Both the position numbers and the translations under genes were made by a program. A stretch of 64,000 nucleotides of DNA from Armatimonadota bacterium. GTDB lineage: Bacteria > Armatimonadota > UBA10988. Shown here piece by piece: positions 1 to 16,225 of this stretch. Position 1 is the first letter of the stretch; the number at the start of each line of letters is the position of its first letter. The notes beneath the pieces are model-generated. The model saw only the letters and a list, made by a program, of their open reading frames with translations. It was not told where the DNA came from and ran no database searches. The DNA is taken from NCBI GenBank assembly GCA_016235455.1, contig JACRKZ010000067.1, positions 1 through 64,000 on the forward strand, given 5' to 3'.

Positions 1-1054
1 CGCGCAACTGGTCCGTGGCACGGGCCAGCGACACATAGCGCGACTGGATCTGCTGCACCCCGGCCGCGGCACCCAGCAGCGCGACGACGAAGAGCGCCAC
101 CAGGCTAATGAGCAGCTTGCCGCGCCGCTGCCATTGGGCCAACGCCTCGCTCTCGTCGACCTTGGTGATCAGGATCCAGGGGGTGCTCGGCACCTCGTGG
201 AGCGCGGCCAGGACGCGGACGCCGCTGTAATCGAGGCCGCGCACCGCGCCGCGCTGGCCGAGCACCGCCCTGACCGACGGCACCTCGGTGCTCGACAGCG
301 GGATCCGCAGCTTGACCGCCGCATCCTTGGCCCGCCGCAAACGGTTGAGGTAGAGCACGGACTCACCGTCGCGCCGCACCAGCAGCGTCTCGGCCGACCT
401 GCTGGCGGTGGGCCACCAGTTCACCGCGTTGAGCAGCAGATCGTCGGCGTCCGCCCACAGGACGAGCGCGCCGAGCGGGCCGCTCCCGGCCGCAACGCCG
501 TCGTAGACCGGCGCCACGAGCAGGAGGTAGGCTTGCTCGGAGTCTGCCGACCGCACCAAGTCGGACATGATGGGACGACGGGCGGCGAAGGCTTGCGCCA
601 GCGGCTCGCCCAGGTCGTTGTCGACGCGACGGTCGCGGCCAGAGACGCTTGCCACCGCTCGGCCGCGCGGGTCGACCAGGGCGCAGCGCGCGTAACCGTA
701 CTGAGTGATCAGTTCGGTCAGATACGACGTCACGCCAACCTCGGCCCGCTCGCTGAGCCGCGGCGAGCGCTCGCGCAGCGCTTCCCACAGCAGCGGCCCG
801 CGGCCGAACATGCCGGCGTCGGACAGCCGGTCATCGCGCCACTGCGTGGCTTGCCTGATCTTGAGTTGCGCGATGTTGTCCAAGTCGACCAGAACGCGCC
901 GTTGCTCCGACTCAGCCTGCCCGCGGTAGAGGGCGATGCCGGCCACCGCGGCCAGGAGCGCCAGGATAACCAGCGCCACCCAGTACGGACGAGGCTGCGC
1001 GACCGCAGTGGGTGCTGCGTCGGTTACGGCCCGCTCTGGGCTCGGCGCGCTCAT
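1..1054 (-). CDS. Membrane sensor protein, N-terminal part (TM, Cache-like extracytoplasmic domain, TM); probable histidine kinase or diguanylate cyclase; runs off the window edge
   Basis: Translated by hand (absent from ORF track): MSAPSPERAV..YWVALVILALLAAVAGIALY..IAQLKIRQATQWRDDRLSDA..SAETLLVRRDGESVLYLN..GLDYSGVRVLAA..PWILITKVDESEA..LLISLVALFVVALLG; open to the edge. Confidence 0.7.
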   Translation of the reverse strand, partial: MSAPSPERAVTDAAPTAVAQPRPYWVALVILALLAAVAGIALYRGQAESEQRRVLVDLDNIAQLKIRQATQWRDDRLSDAGMFGRGPLLWEALRERSPRLSERAEVGVTSYLTELITQYGYARCALVDPRGRAVASVSGRDRRVDNDLGEPLAQAFAARRPIMSDLVRSADSEQAYLLLVAPVYDGVAAGSGPLGALVLWADADDLLLNAVNWWPTASRSAETLLVRRDGESVLYLNRLRRAKDAAVKLRIPLSSTEVPSVRAVLGQRGAVRGLDYSGVRVLAALHEVPSTPWILITKVDESEALAQWQRRGKLLISLVALFVVALLGAAAGVQQIQSRYVSLARATDQLR

Positions 1055-1153
1055 CTGCTGGCCTTAGACTCCAGCACACCCCCCGCGAGACGGCCCGTCA
1101 CGTGCCCGGCTCGCGCCGACGCCGACGGGTCGTCTCGCTCACTGTACATCCGC

Positions 1154-8806
<7,653 letters not shown>

Positions 8807-8809
<3 letters not shown>

Positions 8810-8940
8810 CGCGGTCTCCTCTTGAATGCAAACACGACAAACAGCGGCGCGGCTGACAGCCGATTCCGCCGGGGAAAGGGGGTACGCGAAGGGGTCAGAT
8901 CGTGGGTGGTCGCCAGAACCGGCTGAGGAAGCGCCGCGAC
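8807..8940 (-). promoter_or_regulatory. Nested mRNA stem-loop able to sequester the secA SD and start codon
   Basis: Inner 12-bp stem CAGCCGGUUCUG (8925-8914) with CGGAAUCGGCUG (8868-8857); outer stem GUCGCGG..UUCCUC (8940-8925) with GAGGAG-A-CCGCGAU (8821-8808). Confidence 0.6.
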
Positions 8941-9257
8941 TCGGGCACCGTGGGCCGCGCCTCGGCATGGAGCGCGAGGGTCAGCCGCGCCGAACCGTCG
9001 GCCGCGGCGCGCACCACGCTCCAGTAGCGCGTCGGCGCCGGCTGAGCGGTCACCGCCTCCGCACGCTTGGCGGCTGGCGCGGCGTCGATGGTACGCACAA
9101 TCGACGCGCCGGGCAGGCCGCTGGCCGAGCCGAGCACCACCGCCGCGGGCGCATGTGAGAACACCGCCAGCAAGCCCAGCAGCGCAATGACGCTGCGCTG
9201 AGCCTGCCGCCGATGCCACTCATGCTGCATGGTCGGGGCGTGCATAGGTTCGTCCAC
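8895..9257 (-). CDS. Small exported protein upstream of secA; candidate SecM-like translation-arrest peptide (start may be 9257, 9245 or 9230)
   Basis: Basic plus hydrophobic signal (RRQAQRSVIALLGLLAVFSHAPA), C-terminal RRFLSRFWRPPTI*, 85 nt gap to secA, same strand. Confidence 0.6.
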   Translation of the reverse strand: MDEPMHAPTMQHEWHRRQAQRSVIALLGLLAVFSHAPAAVVLGSASGLPGASIVRTIDAAPAAKRAEAVTAQPAPTRYWSVVRAAADGSARLTLALHAEARPTVPESRRFLSRFWRPPTI

Positions 9258-9262
9258 TGCGT

Positions 9263-9291
9263 AGTGTACCCGAAGGCCGCTGGCGTGTCAC
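9263..9291 (-). promoter_or_regulatory. Sigma70-type promoter for the uORF-secA unit
   Basis: GTGACA-N17-TACACT on the minus strand; predicted start site falls near the GTG at 9257. Confidence 0.55.
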
Positions 9292-9395
9292 GCGCCCCCA
9301 AACCCGGCGACGTAGGATGCGCTCCGGCACGGAGTTCGGGCTCCATGGGCCCGTCGCGCCGATGGCGCTCCGCCGAACCTCCGAACCGACCCCGT

Positions 9396-9424
9396 TTGAC
9401 GATCCACCTCGCGGGGCGTAAACT
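9396..9424 (+). promoter_or_regulatory. Sigma70-type promoter for lrp-aminotransferase
   Basis: TTGACG-N17-TAAACT. Confidence 0.65.
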
Positions 9425-9467
9425 GAACAGCGCGAAGCGCGGCAGCCCCGCGCCATGGTGGCGATTG

Positions 9468-9962
9468 ATGACGGACGAACAGCGCAAGGAACTCCTCGAA
9501 ACCATCCAGGACGACCCCATGGTCGACCGGGCCGAGTTGGCCGTGCGGCTGGGCATGGATGCCGCGGAGACCCAGGCCGAGGTGCAGCGCCTCGAAGCCA
9601 ATGGCATGATCAAGGCCTATCGCGCCATCATCGACTGGGACCGGCTCGAAGACGCACCCATCTACGCGTTTGTCGACGTCCACGTCAAGCCCGAGCCCGA
9701 TTCGGGGTTCGATGCCATCGCCCGGCGCATCGCGTTGTTCGACGAGGTGCACTCGCTCTACCTGATCAGCGGCGGCAAGGACCTGCTGGTCGTGGTCGAG
9801 GGCGGCGACTTCAAGGAAGTCGCGCTCTTCGTGGCCGAGAAGCTCTCGCCGCTCAAGGGGGTGGAGAGCACCGGCACCAGCTTCGTGCTGCGCAAATACA
9901 AGAAGGACGGCGAGCTCCTGCTGAGCGCCACAGAGGACACGCGACTGGCCATTGCTCCCTAG
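9468..9962 (+). CDS. Lrp/AsnC family transcriptional regulator
   Basis: HTH ELAVRLG..VQRLEANGMIKAY; RAM domain FDAIARRIALFDEVHSLYLISG; YugG/AlaR-like and paired with an aminotransferase. Confidence 0.9.
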   Translation: MTDEQRKELLETIQDDPMVDRAELAVRLGMDAAETQAEVQRLEANGMIKAYRAIIDWDRLEDAPIYAFVDVHVKPEPDSGFDAIARRIALFDEVHSLYLISGGKDLLVVVEGGDFKEVALFVAEKLSPLKGVESTGTSFVLRKYKKDGELLLSATEDTRLAIAP

Positions 9963-10047
9963 CCACGACGTCGCCCGGCGACGTCGTGGCAGCACCGAGC
10001 AACGCGTTACTCTGCCTTGTCGATTTGCCCCTAGAATGGCCAGGACT

Positions 10048-11235
10048 ATGGATACGATGGTTTCCACCGACCGCCGCACCGGTCGCATCAGTCAGCTTGT
10101 CGCGGATCTGCCGCCGTCAGGCATCCGCCGCTTCTTCGATCTCGTCGAGCAGACCGAAGGCGTCATCAGCCTCGGCGTGGGCGAGCCCGATTTCGCCACG
10201 CCTTGGACCTTCTCCACCGCCGCCATCACCGCACTTGAGGTCGGCCGCACCAACTACACCTCCAACCTCGGTCTGCTGAGCCTGCGCAAAGGCATCGCCG
10301 CGCACCTCGACCGCCGCTACGGGGTCACCTACGACCCGCGCGGCGAGGTGCTGGTCACCGTCGGCGTGTCCGAAGCGCTGGACCTGGCCTGCCGCAGCAT
10401 CCTCGATCCCGGCGACGAGGTCATCATCATCGAGCCCTGCTTCGTCAGCTACGGCGCTACGGTCAAGCTGGCCTATGGCGTGCCGGTGGCCGTCAGCACC
10501 CACGCCGAAGACCACTTCGTGCCGCGTATCGAGGCCATCGAAGCCGCCATCAGCCCGCGCACGAGGGCCTTTCTGGTCAGCACCCCGAGCAACCCCACCG
10601 GCGCGGTCATCGGCCGGCAGCGGCTGCTGGAGATCAACGAACTCGCCGCCCAGCACGACCTGCTGGTCATCTCCGACGAGATCTACGACCGGCTGTCGTA
10701 TGGCCCCGAGGGCCACACCTGCTTCGCCAGCCTGCCCGGCGCGCGCGAGCGGACCATCCTGCTCAACGGCTTCTCCAAGGCCTATGCCATGACCGGCTGG
10801 CGCATCGGCTATGCCTGCGCGCCCGGCGACATCATCGGCGCGATGAACAAGGTGCATCAGTACTCGATGATGTGCGCCTCGATCATCAGCCAGGAAGCCG
10901 CGCTGGAAGCGCTCAAGCGTGGCGAACGGCATGTGCAGGACATGGTCAAGGCCTACAACCAGCGCCGACGCATGGTGGTCGACGGGTTCAACCGCATCGG
11001 GCTGACCTGCTTCGAGCCGCGCGGCGCGTTCTACACCTTCCCCTGCATTGAGTCTACTGGGCTGGATGAGGAGACCTTCTGCGAGCGACTGCTCAATGAG
11101 CAGAAGGTGGCTACCGTGCCCGGCAGCGCCTTTGGCGCCTGCGGCGCCGGCCACATCCGGGCCACCTACGCCGCGAGCATGGAGCAGTTGCGCGAGGCCC
11201 TGGCCCGCATCGAGCGGTTCGTGCAGAGCCTCTAG
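10048..11235 (+). CDS. PLP-dependent aminotransferase class I/II (YugH/AlaT-like); start may be 10036, 10048 or 10057
   Basis: PSGIRRFF, SLGVGEPDF, PSNPTG, SDEIY, NGFSKAYAMTGWRIG. Confidence 0.92.
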   Translation: MDTMVSTDRRTGRISQLVADLPPSGIRRFFDLVEQTEGVISLGVGEPDFATPWTFSTAAITALEVGRTNYTSNLGLLSLRKGIAAHLDRRYGVTYDPRGEVLVTVGVSEALDLACRSILDPGDEVIIIEPCFVSYGATVKLAYGVPVAVSTHAEDHFVPRIEAIEAAISPRTRAFLVSTPSNPTGAVIGRQRLLEINELAAQHDLLVISDEIYDRLSYGPEGHTCFASLPGARERTILLNGFSKAYAMTGWRIGYACAPGDIIGAMNKVHQYSMMCASIISQEAALEALKRGERHVQDMVKAYNQRRRMVVDGFNRIGLTCFEPRGAFYTFPCIESTGLDEETFCERLLNEQKVATVPGSAFGACGAGHIRATYAASMEQLREALARIERFVQSL

Positions 11236-11243
11236 GAGCCGAC

Positions 11244-12074
11244 ATGGGCGAGCATGTGGGTGCGTGGCAGGGACTGGCCACCATCACCGATCGTCGCGAC
11301 CTGGCACCGGGCTACTTCGCGCTGGATGTCCACTGCCCGGCCATCGCCGCGGGCGCTCAGCCGGGCGGGTTCGCGCACATCCTGGTCGAAGGGCGGGACC
11401 TCTGCCTGCGTCGGCCCATCTCTTTCTTCGGCGTCGAGGGCGACATCGTCACGCTGGTCGTCGGCATCCACGGCGCGGGCACCGCATGGCTCGCCGCGCG
11501 GCAGCCGGGCGACAGTCTGGACCTGCTGGGCCCGTTAGGCGGCCGCACCTTGAGTTTGGCCGCGGGGGCTTCCCGCGTGGCGCTGGTCGGGGGTGGCGTG
11601 GGCATCCCGCCGCTACGCTTCCTGGCCGCCCGCTGTGTGGCATCGGCGCCCCAACTGGTGGCCTTCATCGGCGCGCGCTCGGCCGAGCGGCTGCTGGGCG
11701 CGGCCGAGTTCGCCGCACTGGGCTGCCAGGTGGTGGTCAGCACCGACGACGGATCGGCGGGCTTCCGCGGCACGGTGGTCAGCGCGCTCGACGAGTATGC
11801 CGAACAGACGCCCGTGGACCAGGTCATCGCCTGCGGCCCGACGCCGATGATGCGCGCGGCGGCCGAGTGGGCGGCGCGGCGCGGCCTGCCCTGCCAGGTC
11901 TGCCTGGAGGCGCGCATGGCCTGTGGCGTGGGCGCCTGCCTGTCGTGCGTCATCGAGACCACCGCGCCGGGCTTCCGCCAGTACCAGCGCGTCTGCCACG
12001 AGGGACCCGTGTTCGACGGCGCCGAAGTGGTCTGGGAACGGCTCTCACCGCTCTGTTCGCAGCCGGCGGGGTGA
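11244..12074 (+). CDS. pyrK: Dihydroorotate dehydrogenase electron transfer subunit
   Basis: LRRPIS, VGGGVGIPP, TDDGSAG, ACGP, MACGVGACLSC and RVCHEGPVF 2Fe-2S motif. Confidence 0.85.
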   Translation: MGEHVGAWQGLATITDRRDLAPGYFALDVHCPAIAAGAQPGGFAHILVEGRDLCLRRPISFFGVEGDIVTLVVGIHGAGTAWLAARQPGDSLDLLGPLGGRTLSLAAGASRVALVGGGVGIPPLRFLAARCVASAPQLVAFIGARSAERLLGAAEFAALGCQVVVSTDDGSAGFRGTVVSALDEYAEQTPVDQVIACGPTPMMRAAAEWAARRGLPCQVCLEARMACGVGACLSCVIETTAPGFRQYQRVCHEGPVFDGAEVVWERLSPLCSQPAG

Positions 12075-12156
12075 GTCGGTCAAGGAAAGTGCAACATCAC
12101 AAAGCGGACAAGGCACCCCTATCTAGGGCATAATGCCAGAAGTGAAGGGACGGACG

Positions 12157-12897
12157 ATGAACGAGTACAACGTCTACAGCTCGCGGCCGGAACAGAGCGG
12201 GGCCATGGCCGCCGCGCTCGGCGGGCGCCTGCCGTTTGTGCAGAAGGTCTACGCCCTGTTCATGCTGGGCATTCTGACCACCATCGGCGCGGGCGCCATG
12301 CTCTTTGCCGGGCCGAGTGAAGCGGTGACCGTGGGCGAGCGCACCATCCATGTGCCGTTGGCCCTGGCCGCGGTGGCCAACGCCTATATCGGCGTCCTCA
12401 TCGCGTTCATCGTCAGCTTCTTCATCGCGCGAGCGGTGTGGCGGGTGGCGGGCCTCAACGTGCTGATGATGCTGGTGTTCTGCGCGATTACCGGGCTCAT
12501 GATCACCCCGCGCGTGTTCATCGCCACCATCGCCGATGGCCCCGGCACGGTCGCCATGGCCGGCGCGATGACCGCGATCACGTTCGGCACGCTGACGCTC
12601 TATGCGTTCATCAGCCGCCGCAACTTCAGCTTCCTCGGCGCCGGGCTGAATATGGCGCTGTGGGGGCTGATCATCGGCGGGCTGCTCAACGGCCTGTTCT
12701 TCCACTCGCCGTTTACGCACTACCTGATGGCCTGGTTCGGCGTGGTCATCTTCGGTGGCTACGTGCTGTATGACACCAGCGTCATCCTGCGCGAACTCGA
12801 CGAGCAGGACTACACCGGCGGCGCGCTGCGGCTGTATCTGGACGCGGTGAACCTGTTCCTGACCATCCTCAGTCTGCTGAGTGGCCGCCGCGACTGA
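12157..12897 (+). CDS. Bax inhibitor-1/YccA family membrane protein
   Basis: FVQKVYAL, seven hydrophobic segments, GYVLYDTS, ALRLYLDAVNLFL. Confidence 0.9.
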   Translation: MNEYNVYSSRPEQSGAMAAALGGRLPFVQKVYALFMLGILTTIGAGAMLFAGPSEAVTVGERTIHVPLALAAVANAYIGVLIAFIVSFFIARAVWRVAGLNVLMMLVFCAITGLMITPRVFIATIADGPGTVAMAGAMTAITFGTLTLYAFISRRNFSFLGAGLNMALWGLIIGGLLNGLFFHSPFTHYLMAWFGVVIFGGYVLYDTSVILRELDEQDYTGGALRLYLDAVNLFLTILSLLSGRRD

Positions 12898-12911
12898 GCT
12901 GGTCCACAACA

Positions 12912-13009
12912 CAAGATCAAGGACCCGTTGACCGGGATGCCGTGGTGCCGGTGAGCTACCGACAGACGGTGAGGGTGTGAGGCACCTGGTCGGCGGGTCC
13001 TTGTTCTTG
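12912..13009. repeat. Long imperfect inverted repeat (about 30-bp arms) between convergent genes
   Basis: CAAGATCAAGGACCCGTTGACCGGGATGCC pairs with GGCACCTGGTCGGCGGGTCCTTGTTCTTG. Confidence 0.7.
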
Positions 13010-13015
13010 GGCGGC

Positions 13016-13624
13016 TCAGCCCAGCCGCTCGTAGCGACAGTTGGCCTGCGCCAAGGCCCGCACCTGCTCGGTCTGCTCGTCGGTCAGGCAGCGCTTGGGC
13101 AGCAGGTGGAAGAGGTTCGCCTGGGGGAAGACCAGGAACCCGTCGGGGCTCTCCAGCACGCGCTGGATGGCCGGCCAGCCCAGGCGGCCGTCGGCGTCCG
13201 GTCGCACCATCAGCACGCCATCCTCGCTGACCGTCCAGCTCCGCTCGTGCCGCCAGGCATCATCACGCCGGAGCATCCGCGCGGCAAGCAGGCGATAGAG
13301 CAGCCGCACATAGCCGGCCAGGAAGACCCCCATCACCACGTAAAAGGTGAGCAGCGCGATGCTGCCGGAGACCACCGCCATGAGCGCGCCCAGGCCGAAC
13401 AGAGCGGCCAGGCCCGCGCGCGACCGGCGCAGCGCGCCATGCCGACGATAGAACAGCAAGACCTTGGTCAGGTCGGCCTCGGTGTAGCTGAACGTCACCT
13501 CCACCGCGTCCTCACCGGCGGCGTGGGCGCGCAGGCGCGCGACACCCTCGGTGCCCGGCCCGAAGGCCACGCGCTCAGCACCAGTCACATCCACGCTCAG
13601 GCTGTCGTCGGGCCGTAGATCCAT
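13016..13624 (-). CDS. YcxB-like membrane protein (copy 1)
   Basis: Two TM helices, then VSEDGV..LGWPAIQRVLESPDGFLVF..FHLLPKRCLTDEQ, typical of the YcxB C-terminal domain. Confidence 0.7.
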   Translation of the reverse strand: MDLRPDDSLSVDVTGAERVAFGPGTEGVARLRAHAAGEDAVEVTFSYTEADLTKVLLFYRRHGALRRSRAGLAALFGLGALMAVVSGSIALLTFYVVMGVFLAGYVRLLYRLLAARMLRRDDAWRHERSWTVSEDGVLMVRPDADGRLGWPAIQRVLESPDGFLVFPQANLFHLLPKRCLTDEQTEQVRALAQANCRYERLG

Positions 13625-13687
13625 GGTTCCCACCAGCGCGGAGGACTGTCGGCCAGTGGCCAATCCGTCGCCCGGAGCATCGGGTCG

Positions 13688-13906
13688 ATGGCCTATCAGA
13701 TTCGCGCCTATACCGAAGCCGACCGCGCCGCGCTCAAGGATATCACTCGCGAGGCGTTCGGTGAGCTTCCGCCAGACTGTGATGGTACGCCGCGCCTGAT
13801 CAGCACGTCCTCTTGCGTGGGTCAGCGACCAGACTTGACCTGGGCCTACGCCGCGGCGCCGCCTTCGCCGGGCCTGGCCGGTGGACGCCGGGCGGCACAT
13901 CTGTAG
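13688..13906 (+). pseudogene. Truncated 5' copy of the GNAT acetyltransferase gene
   Basis: MAYQIRAYTEADRAALKDITREAFG identical to the 14499 protein, then unrelated sequence. Confidence 0.75.
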
Positions 13907-14436
13907 CGAGTGTGGGCCTGAGCAAGGGACCGCACCCGCTCCGCCTGCTCCGCGCTCAGACAGCGCGTCGGAAGCACGAGTGCGTCAGGGGTCCTGATCA
14001 GGAAGACGCCGCCGCCCTCAACAACGTCCTTGACCTGCGACCACGGCGTCCGCCCGGGCTCGGGCTGCTGAACCATGATCCCGTCGTCGCTGATCACCCA
14101 GAATGCGGGCTGGCGCCAAGCCTCGTCCGCACGTAGCACATAGCGGGCCAGCCAAGCGATCACCAGGTCGAAGCCGAGCAGGAGGCCGCCGCAAAGCAGC
14201 AACTCGGCGCCATTGACCAACCTGGCCAGAGCCGAGAGCGCCGGCCAGCACAGGAGTTGGCTGGCCGCGCGGTACGCAGACGCCACGCCGATGCCGATCA
14301 CCGCCCAGCGGCGCCAACTGTGCCGGTAGTCCAGCACGCCTGCCGCCACCAGCTCATCCTCAGCATAGTGCACTTCCACGGCCACCGGCAGGAACATGCC
14401 GGACGACCATCTGCTCTGGCCTTGACCGCTCATCAC
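13846..14436 (-). CDS. YcxB-like membrane protein (copy 2)
   Basis: VEVHYAEDEL, TM helices, ISDDGI..TPWSQVKDVVEGGGVFLI..VLPTRCLSAEQAERVRSLAQA; paralog of copy 1. Confidence 0.65.
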   Translation of the reverse strand: MMSGQGQSRWSSGMFLPVAVEVHYAEDELVAAGVLDYRHSWRRWAVIGIGVASAYRAASQLLCWPALSALARLVNGAELLLCGGLLLGFDLVIAWLARYVLRADEAWRQPAFWVISDDGIMVQQPEPGRTPWSQVKDVVEGGGVFLIRTPDALVLPTRCLSAEQAERVRSLAQAHTRYRCAARRPPARPGEGGAAA

Positions 14437-14498
14437 ACGCTCCCGTGCAGAGGACTAGCCTCGCACCCGTCCAATAGCTTGCCCGGAGTATCGGGTCG

Positions 14499-15002
14499 AT
14501 GGCCTACCAGATTCGCGCCTACACCGAAGCCGACCGCGCCGCGCTCAAGGATATCACTCGCGAAGCGTTCGGTGTCGCCAGCCTGGACCGCATGTGCGAG
14601 GAGCGCTGGGGCCAGCTGGGCGGCACGCCCTGGTGGCAGCGCAAGCAGGCCGCCATCGACGCCGACTGCGATGCCTATCCGCCGGGCATCTTCGTCGCCA
14701 CGAGCGACTCCGGCGAGGTGGTCGGGTTCATCACCTCGCGCCTGTGGCGCGAGGTGGCCACCGGCTGGATCGCCAACCTCGCCGTCCTGCCCGACCACCA
14801 GCGCCAGGGCCTGGCGCGCGCGCTGATGCAGGCCGCGCTCAACCATTTCCGGGAGCAGGGCATGACCCATGCCCGCATCGAGACGCTGGCCAGCAATGAG
14901 GCCGGCCAGCACCTGTATCCGGCGATGGGCTTCGAGGAACTGGCCCGGCAGATCCACTACACCATGGACCTGCGTGCCGTGGACACCGGGGAGGCGCAAT
15001 GA
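14499..15002 (+). CDS. GNAT family N-acetyltransferase
   Basis: IANLAVLPDHQRQGLARALM acetyl-CoA motif; NEAGQHLYPAMGF. Confidence 0.9.
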   Translation: MAYQIRAYTEADRAALKDITREAFGVASLDRMCEERWGQLGGTPWWQRKQAAIDADCDAYPPGIFVATSDSGEVVGFITSRLWREVATGWIANLAVLPDHQRQGLARALMQAALNHFREQGMTHARIETLASNEAGQHLYPAMGFEELARQIHYTMDLRAVDTGEAQ

Positions 15003-15004
15003 CC

Positions 15005-15092
15005 GGGCGTCGCGCGTCAGGCGTTAGGCGTCGGGACCGTGCCCGGTTGGTGCTGGCCGTCGCCCACGCCTCACGCCCGACGCCCGACGCCC
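15005..15092. repeat. Hairpin built from inverted heptamer repeats
   Basis: Four RGGCGTY-like units (15005-15032) and four SACGCCY units (15065-15092). Confidence 0.7.
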
Positions 15093-15141
15093 GCTTGACG
15101 CCAAGCCCGCCGTGACCGACCATCCCCCTCTGGAGGCGCCC

Positions 15142-16152
15142 ATGACCCCATCGCGACTGGACGAACTGCTGAACCGTCTGCCCAGCGTCAGCATCGCCGT
15201 GTTTGGCGACTTCTTCTTGGACAAGTACCTGATTCTCGATCCCGACCTGACCGAAACGTCCATCGAGACGGGTCTGCCGGCGCATCAGGTCATCGAGACA
15301 CGCTGCCAGCCGGGCGCCGCCGGCACCGTCACCAACAACCTGCGCGCGCTGGGCGTGGGCACCGTCGAGGCCGTGGGCTTCCGTGGCGCCGATGGCGACG
15401 GCTATGAGCTGCGCCGCGCGCTGCGCCGCTCGGGCGTGTCCACGACCACGCTGCTGGACACCGACGAGCGCTGCACGCCCTGTTACTGCAAGCCGCTGGT
15501 CTGCCGCGAGGGTCAGCCGCCCGAGGAACTCAGCCGGCTGGACACCAAGAACCGCACGCGCACCTCGACGGAGTTGGAGGACCGGGTCAGCGAGGCGCTG
15601 GAGATCGCCGCAGCGCGCTGCCAGGCGATCATCGTGGCCGACCAGGTGCCCGAGCCCGACTGCGGCGTGGTCACCGCACGGCTACGCGAGTTCATCAGCC
15701 AGTTGGCCCAGGTGGCGCCCGAGCTGGTCATCATGGTCGACTCCCGCTGCAACATCGGCGCCTTCCGCGGCGTGAGCATCAAGCCCAACGGCCACGAGGT
15801 GGTCGCGGCGTTTGGCGACGAGCCGGTGGAGGCGCTGGCCACCCGGCTCGCCACCGAGTGCGCTCGGCCGGTATTCATCACGCAAGGCGAGGACGGCGTG
15901 GTCGTGGGGCACGAGGGCCAGTCCAGCCGCGTGCCGGCCATCACGGTCGACGGGCCGATCGACATCGTCGGCGCGGGCGACTCGTTCTGTGCGGCGAGCA
16001 CGGCGGCGCTGACCGCTGGCGCGAGCCCGGTGGAGGCCGCCCAGATGGGCTGCCTGGTGGCCTCGATCACCGTGCAGCAGCTGGGCACGACGGGCACCGC
16101 CAGTCCCGATCAGGTGCGGGCCCGACTGCTCGAATCGCCGTATGTGCAATGA
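15142..16152 (+). CDS. PfkB family carbohydrate kinase (RfaE/HldE kinase-like)
   Basis: VFGDFFLDKY, PGAAGTVTNNL, IKPNGHE, DIVGAGDSF; GGAGG SD. Confidence 0.85.
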   Translation: MTPSRLDELLNRLPSVSIAVFGDFFLDKYLILDPDLTETSIETGLPAHQVIETRCQPGAAGTVTNNLRALGVGTVEAVGFRGADGDGYELRRALRRSGVSTTTLLDTDERCTPCYCKPLVCREGQPPEELSRLDTKNRTRTSTELEDRVSEALEIAAARCQAIIVADQVPEPDCGVVTARLREFISQLAQVAPELVIMVDSRCNIGAFRGVSIKPNGHEVVAAFGDEPVEALATRLATECARPVFITQGEDGVVVGHEGQSSRVPAITVDGPIDIVGAGDSFCAASTAALTAGASPVEAAQMGCLVASITVQQLGTTGTASPDQVRARLLESPYVQ

Positions 16153-16225
16153 GCGGCCCGACCGCGTTACAATGGACGGTAATCAGGGCACCAGTCCGCG
16201 AGATATCACGCAGCGAGTGAGGGCC

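Larger units (their letters stand above)
13670..14574 (+). repeat. 94-bp direct repeat (13670-13763 and 14481-14574) covering the RBS and first 25 codons of the GNAT gene
   Basis: GCCCGGAG(C/T)ATCGGGTCGATGGCCTA..GCGTTCGGTG occurs twice, 811 bp apart, with 4 mismatches. Confidence 0.9.

Noticed and set aside
15005-15092. CRISPR-like array
   Set aside because: 7-nt units without unique spacers and no cas genes.
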